DNA of 63,985 bases, filler included, from Hausera hauseri (Eukaryota), in the NCBI GenBank assembly GCA_046269625.1. It is 12 parts of 12 records of this genome, joined end to end, with 100 filler letters (N's around TTAATTAATTAA, not from the genome) between each part and the next. Parts side by side here need not be neighbours in the genome. Positions count along the whole stretch, not along the records: positions 59,961 to 63,985 come from JBJURY010810087.1; 11 more parts are not named here. The stretch is one strand, 5' to 3'. The notes below the pieces were generated by a model, which was given only the letters and a program-made list of their open reading frames with translations, had not been told where the DNA came from and searched no databases. Made by a program: the position numbers and the translations under genes. Positions 63,183 to 63,985 of this stretch are shown here, piece by piece. Positions within the stretch are counted from its first letter, which is position 1. Every line of letters starts with the position of its first letter.

Positions 63183-63720
63183 CAGTCAACCATGTTTAAT
63201 ATGAACATTAGCGTTCCAATTTTTTCAAATGTTCATATTGAAAAATATTATGAACAGTTATTGACATAACAATATCAACGATTTCACAAAAAATGTATTT
63301 ATTACACCTATTTATTACAATTTTTATTTCTTTGACACATAATAAAGTTTGTGATTTTCAATTTTCTAGATGCTTTTTCTCCTTGAATTTCATCAATCAA
63401 ATACTATATTTTGTTCATCTTATCAGGAATATTAGCTTGAAAGTATTTTTAAGTTCTTTTGCATACTTATAGGTCTCGAATGCTGTTATAACTGTATCTT
63501 CTTCCACCTATTCAACAGAATTATCATTTGTTTTTTCTTTTTCAGAACTTTCATTTTCATTCTTTTCTACTAGAATAAATAAGAGATTATCATTAAACTT
63601 TGGATTAATCTCAAAACATGGAGAATCATCATATTCAGAATTCACTTCTTTAACATACGCATTTTCGAAAAACTTGGTAAAACAATTAGAGATAATCTCT
63701 GATTTTACACTATTCCATAG
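63183..63720 (-). mobile_element. Tigger/pogo 3' part with TIR CAGTCAACCATGTTTAATATGAAC after TA
   Basis: TA|CAGT start at 63181-63186; transposase C-terminal motif WNSVKSEIISNCF. Confidence 0.8.
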
Positions 63721-63985
63721 GCTCGTTTTGTCATCTGATTTAGTATAATGAGTATTGACGAAGCTCATTCCATCGCGAATGTCTCGACTGAAAAATTTAT
63801 ACATTTCCGAATCTTGTAGTAAATCCAATGGTTCTGTCAGTGTTTTTAGAGCACTTGACCAACTCATCCCGGGTAATGAAAGAAAACAGAGTGGCTCTAA
63901 ACTATCTGCTTGAATTGATTTATTTCGAAATGCTTGAAAAATGTCTGCTAACAGGTATACATCAAGGCGCAAGTAATATAACATA
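63721..63985 (-). pseudogene. pPolB fragment (ExoIII to pre-motif A), interrupted by Tigger sequence
   Basis: YLRLDVYLLADIFQAFR..SI...LEP..F.SLPGMSWSSAL...GMSFVN. Confidence 0.9.

Overview
This window is not one locus. It is 12 unrelated eukaryotic contigs of about 4-9 kb, joined by artificial 100-nt linkers (44 N + TTAATTAATTAA + 44 N, giving stops in all six frames). Most contigs are AT-rich, repeat-dominated DNA from an animal, plausibly a fish-associated invertebrate or parasite (inference). One contig and one patch look teleost-like. The centrepiece is an intact right arm of a Polinton/Maverick (adintovirus-like) element at 45457-51995: core-protein C-terminus, major capsid protein, adenain protease with an apparent 40-nt spliceosomal intron, a DEDD-like ORF, a 1127-aa protein-primed PolB, and a repeat-rich end finishing in ...CTACT. 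Five decayed pPolB copies from two lineages are also present, and both lineages share an unusual N-terminal leader. Other content: Ty3/gypsy fragments, including a Gag-like N-terminus preceded by a ubiquitin-like domain ending RVRGG and a giant Gag-like ORF carrying a ubiquitin-like domain and an AT-hook; a fish-type retroviral gag with a tRNA-Trp PBS; remnants of piggyBac, hATm, mariner, Tc1 and Tigger/pogo; and disrupted host-type ACAD9-like and DENND4-like genes. All family assignments are motif recognition by eye, with no database searches.
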